Below, one piece after another: positions 43,232 through 53,793 of a stretch of DNA of 64,000 bases. How positions within the stretch are numbered: position 1 is the first letter of the stretch; every line of letters starts with the position of its first letter. Below the pieces are notes generated by a model, which was not told the DNA's origin, did no database searches, and was given only the letters and a program-made list of their open reading frames with translations. Position numbers and translations under genes: made by a program. The stretch comes from Anaerolineae bacterium. GTDB taxonomy: Bacteria > Chloroflexota > Anaerolineae > VGOG01. Location: contig DAOUDK010000119.1 in NCBI GenBank assembly GCA_034431315.1, positions 28,873 through 92,872 of the forward strand, read 5' to 3'.

Positions 43232-45325
43232 TTACGCCGCTAACACCAGCCGCATGTCAACGCCCACCACTCCCCGCCCGGCCTCGAACACGATGAGCGG
43301 GTTGATGTCCATCTCCATGATCTCGGGGAAATCGGTCACCAACTGCGAAAGCCGCAGCAGTGTGTCCACGATGGCTTCGATGTCCGAGGGCCGCTCACCG
43401 CGGACTCCCTTGAGCAGGCTGTAAGCGCGGATCTCCGTGATCATCTCCTGGGCCTCCTGCCGCGAGAAGGGCGCTATGCGAAAGGCCACGTCTTTGAGAG
43501 CCTCGACGTAGATCCCACCCAGGCCGAACATCATCAGCGGGCCGAACTGGGGGTCGCAGTTCATGCCCACGATGACCTCTTTGCCCCCCCGCACCATCTC
43601 CTGCACCAGACAGCCCCAGATCTCGGCGTCGGGCATGTAGCGGGTGGCCCGGTAGACTAACAGGTCGAAGGCATCCCGCACATCGGTGGCGCTGGCAATG
43701 CCCAGCTTGATGCCGCCGATGTCGGTCTTGTGGAGGATGTCCGGAGAAGTGATCTTCATCACCACCGGATAGCCGATCTCCTCGGCGATCTCCACCGCCT
43801 CATCGGCCGAGGTGGCCAGCTTGGACGCGGGGATGCGGATGCCGTAGGCTTCCATTATGTCCCGCGCCTCGGCGTCGCCGATGGTCTGCCGTCTGTCGGC
43901 CTTCACCCGCTCAAAGATGCCCCTCACCCTCTCCCGATCAACGTCAAACTCCTCGATCTCCAGGGGAGGGCGATCCAACCAGCGCCGGTATTCCAGCATG
44001 GCCCTCAGCGCCCCCACCGCCCGCTCAGGAAAGGAGTAGTTGGGTATCCTATGTTCGTTGAGCACCTTGATCCCCGCGCGGACCCTGGCCTCCCCCATGA
44101 AGCAGCCCAGGACAGGCTTATCGTAGCCAGCGGCGATCCGACCCACCGCCTCGGCTGTCTCCTCAATCCTGGTCATCACCTGGGGGGTGAGGATGACGAT
44201 GACGCCGTTCACGCCTTCGTCCTCAAGGGCAGCCTCCAGGGCCAGGGCGTAGCGGTCGGTCGGAGCATCTCCCAGGACGTCTATCGGATTGTAGATGTTG
44301 GCGGCGGCGGGGAGATTGTCCCGCAGGACATCAATCGTCTCCCGACTCAGCGAGGCCAGCGAGAGGCCCTCCCGCTCCAGGGCGTCGGTGGCCATCACGC
44401 CCGGCCCGCCGGCGTTGGTGACGATAGCGATGCGACCCCCTCGGAGCACTGGCTGGTAAGCGAAAGCTAGCGAATAGTCGAACAGGTGTTGGATGGACTC
44501 GGCCCTGAGCACCCCGCTCTGGCGGAAGGCCGACTCGTAAGCCCGCGCCGACCCCGCCAGAGAGCCAGTGTGAGAGGAGACGGCCCGTGAACCGGCGTCG
44601 GTAGAGCCGGACTTCACGGCGATGACCGGGATGCGGCGAGTGACCCTGCGGGCGACCTCCATAAACTCCTTGCCTTCGGAGAGGCCCTCGATGTAAGTGA
44701 GAATCACTTTGGAATGGGGATCGTCCTCCCAGGCCGCCAGCAAGTCAACCTCGTCCACGTCGGCCTTGTTGCCCAGGCTCACGAAGCGAGAGAAGCCGAT
44801 CCCAACGGCGAGGGCCCAGTCGAGGATGGCGGTGCAGAGAGCCCCCGACTGGGACATGAAGGCGATCTCTCCCTGGGGAGGCATCCCGGCGGCGAAGGAA
44901 GCGTCGAGCGGGCATAAGGTGTCTATGACCCCCAGGCAGTTGGGGCCGATGAGCCGCATCCCATGCCGTCTGGCGATGGCGACCAGCTCCCGCTCCATCC
45001 TCACCCCCTCCAGCCCGGCCTCGCGGAAGCCCGCGCTGATGATTATGACCCCTTCGACGCCTTTCTGGCCACATTCTTCCAGCGCCGTAGCAACGTACTT
45101 GTTGGGGATAACCATGACCGCCAAATCTATGGGCCCCGGGGCATCCAGGACGCTGGGGTAACACTTGAGCCCCAGGATCTCATCGGCCTTAGGGTTGATG
45201 GGGTAGACCTGGCCTGGGTAGCCATGTTCGATGATATTCGACAGCACCCCGTGACCCAGTTTCTCCTTGTCGCGAGAGGCGCCGATCACAGCCACCGCCT
45301 GGGGGCAGGAAAACATTTCAAGCAT
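43232..45325 (-). CDS. Acetate--CoA ligase (ADP-forming), fused alpha/beta
   Basis: 697 aa; CoA-binding N-term (AVIGAS), succinyl-CoA-synthetase-like flavodoxin domain, ATP-grasp C-term. Confidence 0.75.
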   Translation of the reverse strand: MLEMFSCPQAVAVIGASRDKEKLGHGVLSNIIEHGYPGQVYPINPKADEILGLKCYPSVLDAPGPIDLAVMVIPNKYVATALEECGQKGVEGVIIISAGFREAGLEGVRMERELVAIARRHGMRLIGPNCLGVIDTLCPLDASFAAGMPPQGEIAFMSQSGALCTAILDWALAVGIGFSRFVSLGNKADVDEVDLLAAWEDDPHSKVILTYIEGLSEGKEFMEVARRVTRRIPVIAVKSGSTDAGSRAVSSHTGSLAGSARAYESAFRQSGVLRAESIQHLFDYSLAFAYQPVLRGGRIAIVTNAGGPGVMATDALEREGLSLASLSRETIDVLRDNLPAAANIYNPIDVLGDAPTDRYALALEAALEDEGVNGVIVILTPQVMTRIEETAEAVGRIAAGYDKPVLGCFMGEARVRAGIKVLNEHRIPNYSFPERAVGALRAMLEYRRWLDRPPLEIEEFDVDRERVRGIFERVKADRRQTIGDAEARDIMEAYGIRIPASKLATSADEAVEIAEEIGYPVVMKITSPDILHKTDIGGIKLGIASATDVRDAFDLLVYRATRYMPDAEIWGCLVQEMVRGGKEVIVGMNCDPQFGPLMMFGLGGIYVEALKDVAFRIAPFSRQEAQEMITEIRAYSLLKGVRGERPSDIEAIVDTLLRLSQLVTDFPEIMEMDINPLIVFEAGRGVVGVDMRLVLAA

Positions 45326-45642
45326 ATTTATCTCCTACACGTTTGACAATGATATAACACAACCTCAAAAATGGCAAATCCGAACAGCAACCAAGGATTT
45401 CGATATGCCTGAAAACTACTCAATCGGCGCTCGCCAGTCTCCCGCCTGAGAACCGAATAGCCCTGCAATGCAACGGCTACGACTTGACCTCTGGTTGAAA
45501 ATAGGTTATACTTCCAGAAGACGTTGCACCAAACCGAGAGCAACTGACGGTTAGTGGCAAGAGGTGACTGAAACGATAGGCATTGAGTATACCAGCATTA
45601 AGGTGAGAAATCCTTTGAAAGACGGAGCAGAGGAGTTGTGCT

Positions 45643-46065
45643 ATGTCTCAGACTATCACGATCAGCTTATCTGACACTTTGTACAAGCAATTGAAACGGG
45701 CAGCCCAGTTGTCTCGCCAGCCGACCGAGACCATTATCATACAAAGCCTGACCCACACTCTGCCTGCCTTGTTGGAGGAGATTCCTGCTCGTTACCAATC
45801 GGACGTCTATCCGCTCTTACAAATGAGTGATGCTAACTTGCAACGAGAAGCAAACCGCACCTTCTCTTCGCAGCGTTGGGCCGAGTATGAAGCGTTGCTC
45901 GACAGGAAAAAGACGAAGCCATTGACACCTGAGGAAGAAACGCGTCTTGATACCCTCCGTCGTGAAGCTGATGTGCTCATGTTTCGCCGGGGCTACGCGG
46001 CGGTTCTTCTCAAAAGGCGTGGCCATCGTCTGCCGACACTACATGAACTGGCGCAGTCGAGATGA
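45643..46065 (+). CDS. Hypothetical protein with RHH-like N-terminus (ITISLSDTLYKQLKRAA), possible antitoxin/partner of HNH nuclease
   Basis: 140 aa; stop overlaps start of HNH gene (ATGA). Confidence 0.35.
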   Translation: MSQTITISLSDTLYKQLKRAAQLSRQPTETIIIQSLTHTLPALLEEIPARYQSDVYPLLQMSDANLQREANRTFSSQRWAEYEALLDRKKTKPLTPEEETRLDTLRREADVLMFRRGYAAVLLKRRGHRLPTLHELAQSR

Positions 46066-46481
46066 CCCCCTCTGCCCAAGCATTGCGCCAACGCATCGCA
46101 GAACAGGCACACCACCGGTGCGGTTATTGCCAGACACAGGAGGTCATTAGCGGAATACCGCTGACCCTGGAGCACATCGTCCCCAAAGCAAAAGGTGGGC
46201 AGGACGCAGAAGAGAACCTATGGCTTTCTTGCCGCTTATGCAACGAGGCCAAAAGTGTTTCGACTGAAGCCATTGATCCAGAGACCGGTGTCACAGCGCC
46301 GCTTTTCAACCCTAGAACACAAACTTGGCTAGAGCATTTTACCTGGAGCGAGGACGGTACACGTATCACAGGTCAGACGCCAACAGGCCGGGCCACGGTC
46401 GCCGCATTGTCTCTCAACAGCGAGTTGCGGGTGCGTGCTCGAGCCATCTGGGTTGAAGCTGGCTGGCACCCGCCGGAGTAG
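46062..46481 (+). CDS. HNH endonuclease
   Basis: 139 aa; HHRCGYC...LEHIVPKAKGG..NLWLSCRLCN HNH/zinc-finger motif. Confidence 0.7.
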   Translation: MTPSAQALRQRIAEQAHHRCGYCQTQEVISGIPLTLEHIVPKAKGGQDAEENLWLSCRLCNEAKSVSTEAIDPETGVTAPLFNPRTQTWLEHFTWSEDGTRITGQTPTGRATVAALSLNSELRVRARAIWVEAGWHPPE

Positions 46482-46861
46482 GCTGCCAGATGCAGGAAAA
46501 TGGCGGCCCACCCCATGTCTACATCGTAATCCATTGCGTAGTGGCGACCTCCTGTTCCACCGTCTTTAATTTGACGTTGCCCCGCTTCTGGGCTGATTCG
46601 CCAAATCAACCGCATTCACAGTAGCCTCGACCTTTGCGAAGTAACACTCACCCCATTCGAGTTGACCCTGTAGCGATGCCCAGACCGTCTGATTTGATCA
46701 TTGGTGAGTTGTGCACCGCCCTGGCGCAGTTATCGTATCTGCCCAGGGCCTTTGTTTTGGTGTGGGCTGCTGCGCGGCGTGGGCCAGGCTGCTGTAGGTG
46801 TAGGGCCTTCAGCCTGAGCTCAGGCCGGCCGGCTTTGTCGTGAAATCCCGCCCAACCATCC

Positions 46862-46890
46862 TTGACAGAAACCAGTGGACGTGCTAGAAT
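46862..46890 (+). promoter_or_regulatory. Consensus sigma70 promoter TTGACA-17-TAGAAT for cysteine desulfurase gene
   Basis: cTTGACAgaaaccagtggacgtgcTAGAATaaccc. Confidence 0.6.
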
Positions 46891-46917
46891 AACCCAGACG
46901 ATTGGCGGAGGAAGAAA

Positions 46918-48099
46918 ATGCAAAAACCATCGAGAACGATTTACCTGGACCACGCCGCCACCACCGCCGTTGATCCGCGAGTGGTGGAGGCCATGCTCCC
47001 CTATTTCAACCCCCAGTACGGCAACGCCTCCAGCATCTACAGGCTGGGGCAAGAAGCTGGCAAAGCTATTGACGACGCCCGGCGCATGGTGGCCGATATC
47101 CTGGGCTGCCAGCCCAGGGAGGTGATTTTCACCAGTTGTGGGACCGAGAGCGATAACCTGGCTCTGCGCGGCGTGGGTTGGGCGCGGCGCAACCTGGGAA
47201 AAGGAAACCACATCATCACCTCCCCCATCGAGCACCACGCCGTGAGCCACACCTGCGAGCAATTGGAGAAACACTTCGGCTTCGAGATCACCTACCTGCC
47301 GGTTGATAAGTATGGGATGGTTGATCCCGATGACGTCCGCCGAGCTATCAAGGACGACACCATCCTCATCAGCATCATATACGCCAACAACGAGGTGGGC
47401 ACCATTGAGCCCCTCGCCGAAATCGGCAGAATCGCCAAAGAAAAGGGCGTGCCTTTCCACACCGATGCCGTGCAGGCTGGCGGCTCTCTGAGCCTGGACG
47501 TGAACGAGCTGAACGTTGACCTCCTTTCCCTCTCGGCGCACAAGTTCTACGGCCCCAAGGGAGTCGGCGTGCTCTATGCGCGCCAGGGCGTGTCCCTGCT
47601 GCCCACCCAAACTGGCGGCGGCCACGAGCGCAATCGCAGGGCCGGCACCGAGAACGTGCCCTACATCGTCGGGTTAGCCACAGCACTAAGGATAGCCTAC
47701 GATGAACTGGAGGCCAACAACCAGCGCATATCCGCCCTGCGGGATCGCCTGATCGCAGGCGTTCTGGAGAGCATAGATGAGGTGGAACTTACCGGCCACC
47801 CCACCAGCCGCCTGCCCACCAGCGCCAGCTTCGCCTTCAAGTACATCGAGGGGGAGTCCGTGCTGCTCAATCTAGACCTGGCAGGGATCTCCGCCTCCAG
47901 CGGCTCGGCCTGTACCTCGGCCTCCCTGGAGGCCTCCCACGTGCTGCTGGCCATGGGCATCCCCCCCGAACTAGCCCAGGGCAGCTTGCGCCTGACCCCG
48001 GGCAGGGAGAACACCACAGAGGACATTGACTACGTGCTGGGCATACTGCCCAGCATCGTTCAAAAGCTGCGGGACATGAGCCCACTCTACTCAAACTAG
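46918..48099 (+). CDS. Cysteine desulfurase (NifS/IscS family, class V aminotransferase)
   Basis: 393 aa; PLP lysine motif [10 protein letters not shown]; C-terminal active-site Cys SSGSACTS. Confidence 0.8.
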   Translation: MQKPSRTIYLDHAATTAVDPRVVEAMLPYFNPQYGNASSIYRLGQEAGKAIDDARRMVADILGCQPREVIFTSCGTESDNLALRGVGWARRNLGKGNHIITSPIEHHAVSHTCEQLEKHFGFEITYLPVDKYGMVDPDDVRRAIKDDTILISIIYANNEVGTIEPLAEIGRIAKEKGVPFHTDAVQAGGSLSLDVNELNVDLLSLSAHKFYGPKGVGVLYARQGVSLLPTQTGGGHERNRRAGTENVPYIVGLATALRIAYDELEANNQRISALRDRLIAGVLESIDEVELTGHPTSRLPTSASFAFKYIEGESVLLNLDLAGISASSGSACTSASLEASHVLLAMGIPPELAQGSLRLTPGRENTTEDIDYVLGILPSIVQKLRDMSPLYSN

Positions 48100-48153
48100 C
48101 CCTTCTCAGAGTTTTGTGCTATAATCTCCAGCGAGAAAGGAGAGTACTGATAA

Positions 48154-49419
48154 TTGAAAGTAGAGACCGAGAGACTAGAAAATTGTCAAATGGCCTTGAC
48201 CATCGAGGTTGATGAGAAGCGGGCTAAGCGGGCCTTGCGCAGCGTTGCCCGGCGCATCTCGCGACGGGCCAAGATTCCGGGCTTTCGCCCCGGCAAAGCA
48301 CCCTACAACGTCGTGGCGCGCTATTTTGGCAAGGAGGCTTTATACGAGGAAGTACTGGACGAGCTGGGAGACGCTGTCTACAAAGAGGCCTTAGACAAAG
48401 CAGGCCTCGAGCCCTTCGGCCAGGCACAGCTTACGGATTACGAAACCAACCCCCTGGTGTTAAAGATGGTGGTGCCCCTGGCTCCGGTGGTTGAACTAGG
48501 CGATTACCGACAGATGCGATTAGAGCCTGAGGAGGAGGCACCCGGAGAGGAGGAGGTCAATGAGACCCTCAGAAGAATCCAAGAGCAGAATACCTTCTGG
48601 GAGCCTGTGAAACGACCTGCTCAATGGGACGATCTGGCGATAGTGGACATCGAGGGCACAGTCGAAGGAGAAACAGTTGTCGAAAACACAGCGACGGAGA
48701 TGATCCTGGAGGCCGATTCCCCTGATCCACTACCGCCTGACTTCAGCGCCGAACTCTTGGGCATGACCTTCAACGAGCAAAAGGAATTCACGTTGACTTA
48801 CCCTGAAGAGTACGAGGACAGGGAACTCGCTGGCCAGCAAGTTCACTTCAAGGTCCAACTCCAGGATCTGAAAGAAAAGGGGGTGCCCGACATTGACGAC
48901 GACCTGGCTCGCACCGTCGGCAGCTATGAAACCCTGGAGGATCTCAAAGCCGAATTGCGCCGCAACTTGCAAGCCAAAGCCAAACAGGAATTCGCCAACC
49001 AGGTTTTGGCAGCCCTGGTCGAGAGATCCCAGATAGAGTTCCCGCCCATGATGCTGGAACGAGAAATTGATGACTGGCTCAAAGAACTCGACCGGAGCCT
49101 CAGGCGGCAGAGTTTGAACCTCGAAAACTACCTGAAGATGGAAAAAAAGACCGAAGAAGAGTTTCGCCAAGAGGTCTCCCCCCAGGTCGAGGAGAGGCTA
49201 AAGCGTTCCCTTGCCCTGGGCAAGCTCGTCGAGCTAGAAGACCTGGATATCGAATCTGACGGAGTGGAGAAAGCCCTGGAGCGACTGGCGGCCATTGCCA
49301 GGGGTGAACTGGAGGAAGAAGAACCTTCGCCTGATGAGGAGGCTCCCCCCGAAGAAGAGACGGAAAGCACAGAGCAACAAGCTGTAGAGAACGAGAGCGA
49401 AAGGAGTGAAATAGAATGA
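48154..49419 (+). CDS. tig: Trigger factor
   Basis: 421 aa; ribosome-binding GFRPGKAP motif. Confidence 0.85.
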   Translation: MKVETERLENCQMALTIEVDEKRAKRALRSVARRISRRAKIPGFRPGKAPYNVVARYFGKEALYEEVLDELGDAVYKEALDKAGLEPFGQAQLTDYETNPLVLKMVVPLAPVVELGDYRQMRLEPEEEAPGEEEVNETLRRIQEQNTFWEPVKRPAQWDDLAIVDIEGTVEGETVVENTATEMILEADSPDPLPPDFSAELLGMTFNEQKEFTLTYPEEYEDRELAGQQVHFKVQLQDLKEKGVPDIDDDLARTVGSYETLEDLKAELRRNLQAKAKQEFANQVLAALVERSQIEFPPMMLEREIDDWLKELDRSLRRQSLNLENYLKMEKKTEEEFRQEVSPQVEERLKRSLALGKLVELEDLDIESDGVEKALERLAAIARGELEEEEPSPDEEAPPEEETESTEQQAVENESERSEIE

Positions 49420-50036
49420 AATCCCTGATCCCCTATGTCATCGAGAGCACAGGCCGCGGCGAGCGGATGTACGATATCTATTCCTTGCTTCTCAAGGAGC
49501 GTATCATTTTCCTCGGCACGCCTATCAACGGTCAGGTAGCTAACGTGATCGTGGCCCAACTGCTTTTCCTGGATCGAGAGGACCCGGAGAAAGAGATCTC
49601 CATCTATGTCAATTGCCCCGGCGGCGAGATATATCCTGGCCTGGCCATCTACGACACCATGCAACAGGTGCAGGCTCCTATCTCCACCATCGCCGTGGGC
49701 TGGACGGCCAGCCTGGGCACTGTTCTCTTGGCCGCTGGCATGAAGGGCCGTCGCTACGCCCTACCCCATGCTACCATCCACATGCACCCCGCCGGCGGCG
49801 GAGCACGGGGTTACGCCCCCGACGTGGAGATCCAGGTCCGCGAGCTGCTGCGCATGCAAGACCTGCTCAAAAACCTCCTCTCCAGCCACACAGGGCAGTC
49901 GGTGGAGCGAATCACCAAGGACTTCGACCGAGATTACTTCATGAACGCTCAAGAAGCTGTCGAGTACGGCATCATTGACGAGGTGTTGACCCCTCGCAAG
50001 GAAAAAGTCGAACGTGAAACTGATACTGAAACGTAA
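49416..50036 (+). CDS. clpP: ATP-dependent Clp protease proteolytic subunit
   Basis: 206 aa; Ser/His/Asp triad context conserved. Confidence 0.9.
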   Translation: MKSLIPYVIESTGRGERMYDIYSLLLKERIIFLGTPINGQVANVIVAQLLFLDREDPEKEISIYVNCPGGEIYPGLAIYDTMQQVQAPISTIAVGWTASLGTVLLAAGMKGRRYALPHATIHMHPAGGGARGYAPDVEIQVRELLRMQDLLKNLLSSHTGQSVERITKDFDRDYFMNAQEAVEYGIIDEVLTPRKEKVERETDTET

Positions 50037-50076
50037 AACGTGAAACGTAAATCACGTTAAAGAAAGGTAGGCCAGG

Positions 50077-51363
50077 ATGGCCAGAATGCGACAGGAAGAA
50101 CGATACTGCTCTTTTTGCCGGCGAGGTCAGGATGAAGTCAATCGCCTGATAGCCGGCCCCGACTCGATCCATATCTGCGATGAGTGCATCTACTTGTGCC
50201 TGGAGATTTTGAAAGAGGAAGTCCCAGACTCACCCGAAGAGGGATTCTTCTTGGACACGATTCCCTCGCCCAAGGAGATCTACGATCGCCTCAATGAATA
50301 CGTGGTCGGCCAGGATGACGCCAAGAGGGTGCTCTCGGTGGCGGTGTATAACCACTACAAGCGCATCAACGCCAAAGCCGAAGCCAACGACGTGGAGCTG
50401 GAGAAGAGCAACATCCTGCTCATCGGGCCTACCGGCTGCGGCAAGACGCTGCTGGCTCAAACCCTGGCCAAAATCCTGGACGTCCCCTTCACCATCGCCG
50501 ATGCCACCGCCCTGACCGAGGCTGGGTACGTGGGCGAGGATGTAGAGAACATCCTGCTGCGCCTGATACAAGCCGCCGATTACAACCTGCCCCGCGCCGA
50601 GAAGGGCATCATCTACATTGACGAGCTCGACAAGAAGGCTCGCAAGACAGCAGACAACCCCTCCATCACCCGTGACGTGTCAGGCGAGGGAGTGCAGCAA
50701 GCCCTCCTGAAGATCATCGAGGGCACAATAGCCAACGTCCCTCCCCAGGGCGGTCGGAAGCATCCCCACCAGGAGTTCATCCATCTTGACACCACCAACA
50801 TCCTTTTCATCTGCGGCGGCACCTTTGACGGCCTGGAAAAGATCGTGGGCGAGCGCGTCGGGACGAAGGGGCAGCTAGGCTTTTTGAGAGGAGAGGCAGC
50901 CGAGTTGCAGAAGGAAGAGCGAGAAAAGAGAATCGCCAGGCTCCTCAAGCAAGTCGTTCCGGATGACTTGATGAAATACGGCATGATCCCGGAGATGGTG
51001 GGGCGCTTGCCGGTGATAACCAGCGTTGAACCTCTGAGCAAGGAGGACATGATGGGGATCCTGACCCGGCCCAGGAACGCCATCACCAAGCAATTTCAGC
51101 GGCTCCTGGCCCTGGATAACGTGGAGTTGATCTTCACCAAAGAGGCGTTGGCTACGGCAGCCGAGGAGGCCATGAAGCACGAAGCTGGCGCTCGTGGCCT
51201 GAGGACCATCATGGAGAGAGCTTTGCTGGACGTGATGTACGAGATACCCTCACGGCGCGACGTCAAGAAGTGCATCATCAGCGCGGAGGCCATCTTAGGC
51301 AAGACCTCCCCTTTGCTCCTCACCCAGTCGGAGCGCCCCATTAACTTGAAAGAGACGGCCTGA
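50077..51363 (+). CDS. clpX: ATP-dependent Clp protease ATP-binding subunit ClpX
   Basis: 428 aa; N-terminal zinc-binding C4 (CSFC...CDEC), Walker A GPTGCGKT. Confidence 0.9.
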   Translation: MARMRQEERYCSFCRRGQDEVNRLIAGPDSIHICDECIYLCLEILKEEVPDSPEEGFFLDTIPSPKEIYDRLNEYVVGQDDAKRVLSVAVYNHYKRINAKAEANDVELEKSNILLIGPTGCGKTLLAQTLAKILDVPFTIADATALTEAGYVGEDVENILLRLIQAADYNLPRAEKGIIYIDELDKKARKTADNPSITRDVSGEGVQQALLKIIEGTIANVPPQGGRKHPHQEFIHLDTTNILFICGGTFDGLEKIVGERVGTKGQLGFLRGEAAELQKEEREKRIARLLKQVVPDDLMKYGMIPEMVGRLPVITSVEPLSKEDMMGILTRPRNAITKQFQRLLALDNVELIFTKEALATAAEEAMKHEAGARGLRTIMERALLDVMYEIPSRRDVKKCIISAEAILGKTSPLLLTQSERPINLKETA

Positions 51364-51464
51364 TGCCCTAAAACCGCTATCAAGGGGCGTCCCCGCCCCG
51401 GCCAAGAGCAGAATCGGGGCGAGACGCCCCTCCGTAGCAGGAGCATCGCGCCGACCCGGACGAG

Positions 51465-51503
51465 AAAAGGGAGCAGATCCAGGCTTCGATCTGCTCCCTT
51501 TTT
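51465..51503. terminator. Bidirectional rho-independent terminator (GGGAGCAGATC..GATCTGCTCCC flanked by A-run/T-run)
   Basis: Direct reading. Confidence 0.75.
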
Positions 51504-51567
51504 GCGTTGTCAATAGATCACGACTCTGTCAGCAGAGCCACCCAGCGAGGATTTGCTGCTTTGATCG

Positions 51568-52947
51568 TTACTCGACGGTCACCCAGGCGGAACCGAAGAG
51601 ATGGGTCTTACTCTCGTCCCAGACCTCCACGTGGTAGGTGCCCGGGGGCAGATCGGGGATCCGGGCGCTGAGGTCGAAAGGGCACAAGCAGTAGCAAGGG
51701 CCACCCTGAGAATAGGTCTCCCGCTCGATGAGCTGTAGCAGGGGCCGCTGGTCAACGAGGTCCACGACCATAGTAGCGCAGCAGTTGTAGATGGCCCCGC
51801 GGTGCTCCATCACGATGTCGTGTCCCTCCACCCAGATCTCGACCTGATCTCCGTCGTCAGCCCTTTTCAATGCCTCAAGACAATCGCTAGCCTCGTAGCT
51901 GAAACCCACTCCTGAGTAGCCCTTCAAGACCAGGGGCAACAAGACCTTATACTCCCTCACCCAGATGCGGACGCGCACTTGGTCAGCAACTCCGTCGTTC
52001 GGACGGCGGAAGAAGTTGATAGTCGTATCGGTCAGGTTCTCCCAGTTGGCTCCAAAGAAGCTGCCACCCGCCTCAAAACCGCCCGCAAAGCGGTGGTTGA
52101 TGCCAATGCCGCCTTGCGAGGTATCCCTCTGCCATCCACGGACGAGGTAGAGACCCGGATTTCCGCCCAGGTTGTGGGTGAATATCTGCGCCGTGTTTGT
52201 GGCAACGCTCGTCCAGCCGCTGTCCCAATCGGGCGGGTCGGGGGCGAAGATGCGGACGCGCACCTGATCGGCCCAGTCGTCATTGGGATAGCGCCAGACG
52301 TCTATCGTGATGTTCGTCAAGTTCTGCCAGGCCGCACCCTGACGCTGGCCATCCGCTTCCAGCCCGCCGTAACACCGCGTATTGATGCCTATGCCGTCCG
52401 GCGTCGTGTCCTTGAACCACAGGCCGACGACGTAGTCGTCCACGTTTCCGCCTCGATCGTGGGTCAGCGACTTCAATTCGTCTGTGGCAATGCTCACCCA
52501 GTCGCTGTCCCAGACGGGGGGATCGGGAATCCAGACCCGCACGCGCACCTGATCGGCAAAGATGTCGTCCTCGCGACGGACTACCTCGATAGTCGTGTCG
52601 GTCAGGTTCTGCCAATGTGCCCCCCGGAAGTTGCCCCCAGCTTCGAACCCGCCAATACCCCAACTGTTGATGCCTTTGCCGCCTGTTGCCGTGTCCCTGA
52701 GCCACAGCTCAACGGCGTAGTCATCTGGGTCTCCGCCCAAATCGTGGGTGAACACCGTCGCCGTGTCCGTGGCGATGTCCACCCAGCCGCTGCTCCAGCC
52801 TGAGGTGGTCTGGAAAGCAACGGCGTCAGGGTAGACATCGGGGCCAGCGGCCCGGTTGCCGGCTACGGCACTGCCAGCCAGGAGGAGCAAGGCCATCAGT
52901 GCCAAGCCTCCCACCGTTATCCAAATGTACATTCGACTCTCGTTCAT
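51568..52947 (-). CDS. Secreted hypothetical protein with three ~100-aa tandem repeats and Cys-rich C-terminal domain
   Basis: 459 aa; signal peptide; repeats DW.S.W..IAT.....FTH.LGG..DDY.V.LW..DT..GG.GIN....GG.EAGG...GA.WQNLT.TTI...R...D..ADQVRVR.W. Confidence 0.4.
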   Translation of the reverse strand: MNESRMYIWITVGGLALMALLLLAGSAVAGNRAAGPDVYPDAVAFQTTSGWSSGWVDIATDTATVFTHDLGGDPDDYAVELWLRDTATGGKGINSWGIGGFEAGGNFRGAHWQNLTDTTIEVVRREDDIFADQVRVRVWIPDPPVWDSDWVSIATDELKSLTHDRGGNVDDYVVGLWFKDTTPDGIGINTRCYGGLEADGQRQGAAWQNLTNITIDVWRYPNDDWADQVRVRIFAPDPPDWDSGWTSVATNTAQIFTHNLGGNPGLYLVRGWQRDTSQGGIGINHRFAGGFEAGGSFFGANWENLTDTTINFFRRPNDGVADQVRVRIWVREYKVLLPLVLKGYSGVGFSYEASDCLEALKRADDGDQVEIWVEGHDIVMEHRGAIYNCCATMVVDLVDQRPLLQLIERETYSQGGPCYCLCPFDLSARIPDLPPGTYHVEVWDESKTHLFGSAWVTVE

Positions 52948-52996
52948 TTTTTCCTCCTTTTTGTATTATGTTTCAGCTACCTTCCCGCAGGATGAT

Positions 52997-53629
52997 TCAT
53001 CCCTCCTGGGTGAGGATAGCCACTTCCACTTCGCACAGGTCGCTGAAGCGCTGGGCGTCCTCGGCGGACCCCACGATAGCGCCCCAGTGCATGGGGATGG
53101 CTACCTGGGGCTGGATCCTGTTCGCCACCTCGGCAGCCTCGTCAGCGGTCATGGTGTAAGTCCCCCCCACGGGCAATAGCGCGACGTCGGTCTCGATGTC
53201 ATCCATCTCAGGAATGACGTCGGTGTCGCCAGCATGATAGATGCGCACCCCTCCCACGGTGATGATGAAGCCCACGTGGCCGCTCTCTTTCGGATGAAAG
53301 GGCACGCCGGGACTGCGGAACTTGCTCACGTTGTAGGCGGGGACCGTCTCGATGGGGATGCCCTGCACAACGAGGCTCTCACCCGGCTTCACCACCCGCA
53401 CGTCGCCCTTCAGATTCTGGGCCGCCGCAGCGATGGTTACGATCACGGTGTCGCCTTTGACTAGCTTGGCCACGTCGTCCGGAGAACAATGGTCGAAGTG
53501 GTCGTGAGTAATGAGGATCAGGTCAGCCTTTAGCGGCCTGCCCGTCAGTTTAATGGGATCAATGTAGATGGTCTTGTCGTTCTCAATTCTGAAAGTGTCG
53601 TGCCCTAGCCAATGGATGTTCTCTATCAT
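52997..53629 (-). CDS. MBL-fold metallo-hydrolase
   Basis: 210 aa; ITHDHFDHC metal-binding motif. Confidence 0.7.
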   Translation of the reverse strand: MIENIHWLGHDTFRIENDKTIYIDPIKLTGRPLKADLILITHDHFDHCSPDDVAKLVKGDTVIVTIAAAAQNLKGDVRVVKPGESLVVQGIPIETVPAYNVSKFRSPGVPFHPKESGHVGFIITVGGVRIYHAGDTDVIPEMDDIETDVALLPVGGTYTMTADEAAEVANRIQPQVAIPMHWGAIVGSAEDAQRFSDLCEVEVAILTQEG

Positions 53630-53728
53630 TTTGCACCTCCAGTTAGTTGTTTGATTCCCAGCTTAATAGTGATGCCGGGTGTCTTGATACTTCACAGTAT
53701 ATCACCTTTCTCGTCCTTAGTCAACAGC

Positions 53729-53757
53729 TTGTCCTTTGGGCCAGGGTGTGTTATAAT
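53729..53757 (+). promoter_or_regulatory. Sigma70-like promoter TTGTCC-17-TATAAT
   Basis: cTTGTCCtttgggccagggtgtgtTATAATgct. Confidence 0.5.
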
Positions 53758-53793
53758 GCTGTTCGCAAAAAACAAAATCAGGAAAGGTTCACT

